Shown: positions 61,226 to 64,000 of the stretch, one piece after another | Position numbering within the stretch: position 1 is the stretch's first letter | Layout: every line of letters begins with the position of its first letter | Source: the human T2T-CHM13v2.0 reference genome, Homo sapiens | Direction: 5' to 3' (one strand) | Length of the DNA: 64,000 bases | NCBI RefSeq assembly: GCF_009914755.1 | Contig: NC_060928.1 | Notes under the pieces: model-generated | What the model was told of the DNA's origin: nothing | What the model saw: the letters and a program-made list of their open reading frames with translations, nothing else | Database searches by the model: none | Made by a program: the position numbers and the translations under genes

Positions 61226-62336
61226 ATGTGATAGCTTTACTGGAAGCAGGTTGCCAAGTTGATTTCCTCCTCGTTCCATAGTTGTTCAATAGAATGTGAG
61301 AAGTTAGGGACTCCGGTATCGTTCTGTCAGGGTATCTTGATTAGGAACTTTTTTATTGAGAGATAATTATAACAAGACTGCATTCTATTCCCTTAAAAAA
61401 AGTATCTGTTTATACTTACTGTTGTGTAAACACATCATAGAAAATTACATTTGAAATTACATTTCCCATAGAGGTGCTTATCTTACCATAGAAAGAAAAA
61501 AAAAAAAGCTTTTGGATTGAGCTGTTTTCTTTTTCTCATTTTTCTTCTTTAATCAAATATAAAATACCTTAATTATGCATTGGAGTTCACCAGCAAATAT
61601 TTGAAAAAATCATCACCATGCCACATGAACTATGAAGCAATTACGTGTTTATTCCAAGCAGTTTTTGAAATAAGAGATTTCGGCCAATTTCCCAATGGAT
61701 ACTTTTCTTATTTAAATAACAAGTCCAGATCATTGACTTAAAAAAACACCAACAAAACTCCCTTAGTACATGATAGTTTGTTATAATTAAAGTCTTCTGT
61801 GAAAATGAAATTATTTATGCTTATTAACTCAATGAATCTTTAATACATGTCTCTGAAATTCTAAGAATCTCAATAGGTTCTGGAAACATAGTTTATATCC
61901 TTATGTTGCTGAATGTTGTCTGATTTTATTGTGAGAGAAGGCCTTCTCAGAGCTGAGTGTTTTTGTTTGGTATCTCATACTGTTTCTCAGAGACAGCATA
62001 TATATGTTAGTTTTTGAAATACGGTTTAATTAGAAAGAACTCTTAAACCAAATCAATGATATGTAGCTTACTCACTTGAGAAATTCAGGGCAAAGCTGAT
62101 CCTTTTTAGGTATGAAGGTCTAGTTGAAAATATGTAAGTGCTGTGTTGCAAAACAGAATCCTATATCACTGAGCCTTTCCATTCTGCATATTGCCCTTAA
62201 TTTGCTGTTATACAATTTAACAGCTGTCTCTTAATAGCCATTTAAACTGAGATACTATGTAAGACAGTTATATTTTAGTTTATAATTATTTATAGCATCC
62301 ACTGGGGAAGTTTAGGTACTACAAGAAGGCAGTGTA

Positions 62337-62639
62337 GGCTGGGCACCGTGGTTCACACCTGTAATCCCAGCACTTTGGGAGGCTAACACAGGTGGACTGC
62401 TTGAGATCAGGGGCTCGCAACCAGCCTTGGCAACATGGTGCAACCCTATCTCTACAAAAAATACAAAAAATGACCAGAGTGTGGGTGGTGTGTACCTGTA
62501 GTCCTAGCTACCCAGGAGGCTGAGTTGAGAGAATCTCTTGAGCTGGAGAGGTCTAGGTTGTAGTGAGCCATGATGGCACCTGCACTCCAGCCTGGATGCC
62601 TGGGTGACAGAGTGAGACCTTGTCTCCAAAAAAAAAAAG
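62337..62639 (+). mobile_element. AluJ
   Basis: Diverged two-arm Alu. TSD AGAAGGCAGTGTA / AGAAAGCAATGTA. Confidence 0.9.
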
Positions 62640-64000
62640 AGAAAGCAATGTAGTAAGTCTCTAGAATCCTCTCATTCTTTGCCTTCTTTGGTTGCTTCTA
62701 GCACCATCAAGAAATGATGTTTAAACTCTTTTCAGGAACGCTTACCTATTTTTCACAATCATTACCTTCATTAGATAGCATTTCCTGTTTGGCTTTTTTT
62801 CTATTAGCGTGTGAAAAATATTCTTATGGTTTATTTATCCATCGCTACCCCAGAAAACAATAGTCCCTACTAAAAATGTTATATTTATATAGATATAAAG
62901 AAGTCTTGAACTTACTCATGCTATTTTTTTCCCCAGAATTTGTTTTCTAAATAAACATTAATAACTTCTTGATTCTATGAACTGCAATTTGTCTGTCAGG
63001 AAAGTTATGTAGAGGCATGATGTTTAAGCTAGTTCAGTGTTACCTGAAAGACTGAATGATTCTTCAGATGGACAGAGATTGCACCCAGACAGCAAGCATG
63101 GATATTGACAATGTCCTTGTGAAGAACTGTGACATTTAACTTGTTAGGCTGCCACAATTTCATAGATGCTCACAGTAGCTCTTTCTTCACAGATAAAGAC
63201 TTTTATTATGTCTAGCATAGCAAACGGTATGGAATTCATTTCTGTGATGAGTTCCTCTTGCACCCTAAGTCCCTTGGGGGTGACATGGAGTGCGAAGGTG
63301 GATACTGTGAATGCAGAGGACCCTTGTCACAACTGAGGACCCTGAACTTAGGGAACTCTTTTATAATAGGCTGGAAGCAAACCTGTCCAAGATTTTCCCC
63401 AGAGAGAGATGTTATACTGATCAGCAAACAAATCTGCCCTCTGCTGTATCTGGCTAGTTTGTCTTTATACGAAAATGTTTAAAAATATAATCTAGAACAA
63501 AGGACATCAGATCGGTACTTCTACTGACAAGATGTGCAGAAACCCAAGAGATCCATGGAGAATTGTCTGCCAACAGTCCTGAGCAATGAATATGCTCATG
63601 GTTCAAACTCTTCCCACCAGAATTGTCTCCCCACTCTACTAATTCTAATTTATTTGAGTTACCCGTGGAGTGGGTCTTTTTATATTACCTTTATCATAGG
63701 CATTATTGATGATCAATAGACTGGCTAAGACATAAATAACAAGAAGTACAGAGGAGAGCTCATCATTGATTTGGCCCCATTTCATACATATGTACTATAA
63801 GTAATATTGACCTTTTTGAAGTTCTAGAAAATTCATTAAATACTAATAGCTCAAACTGGAATTCTTTTTAAGGAAGATAGTCTGGGAAAAAAAAGAAAGT
63901 TTTGTGTTGGAGAAACAAGAATCGGCTATTTAAAAAGATCTATATAAATACTGAGAACAGGATTAAGTCTTCCTGCAGTCTGAGTCAAATCTGTGGTTAG

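Overview
This window is primate (almost certainly human) genomic DNA covering the 5' end of TLL1 (tolloid-like 1, a BMP1/tolloid astacin metalloprotease; human chr4q32 from recall). It contains about 21.8 kb of AT-rich, repeat-rich upstream DNA, a CpG-island promoter, and exon 1 with a long GC-rich 5'UTR holding several uORFs plus 169 coding nt (22522-22690). The remaining ~41 kb is intron 1; exon 2 is not in the window. The rest is transposable-element DNA: about 16 Alus, a full-length antisense L1PA7-like element with an AluY inside it and itself nested in an older L1M, a full-length THE1C-like MaLR provirus, and MER/MIR/L2 fragments. Almost all ORFs in the track are repeat-derived or chance ORFs. 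I see no evidence of a new multi-gene system. The most interesting observations are regulatory or structural: stacked uORFs with a TGATG stop-start overlap, a possible alternative mini first exon, an L1 antisense promoter/ORF0 oriented in TLL1 sense, DUX4-type motifs in both THE1 LTRs, a tight inverted Alu pair, and two template-switch hairpins. Subfamily calls come from recalled diagnostic bases, not from a RepeatMasker run.
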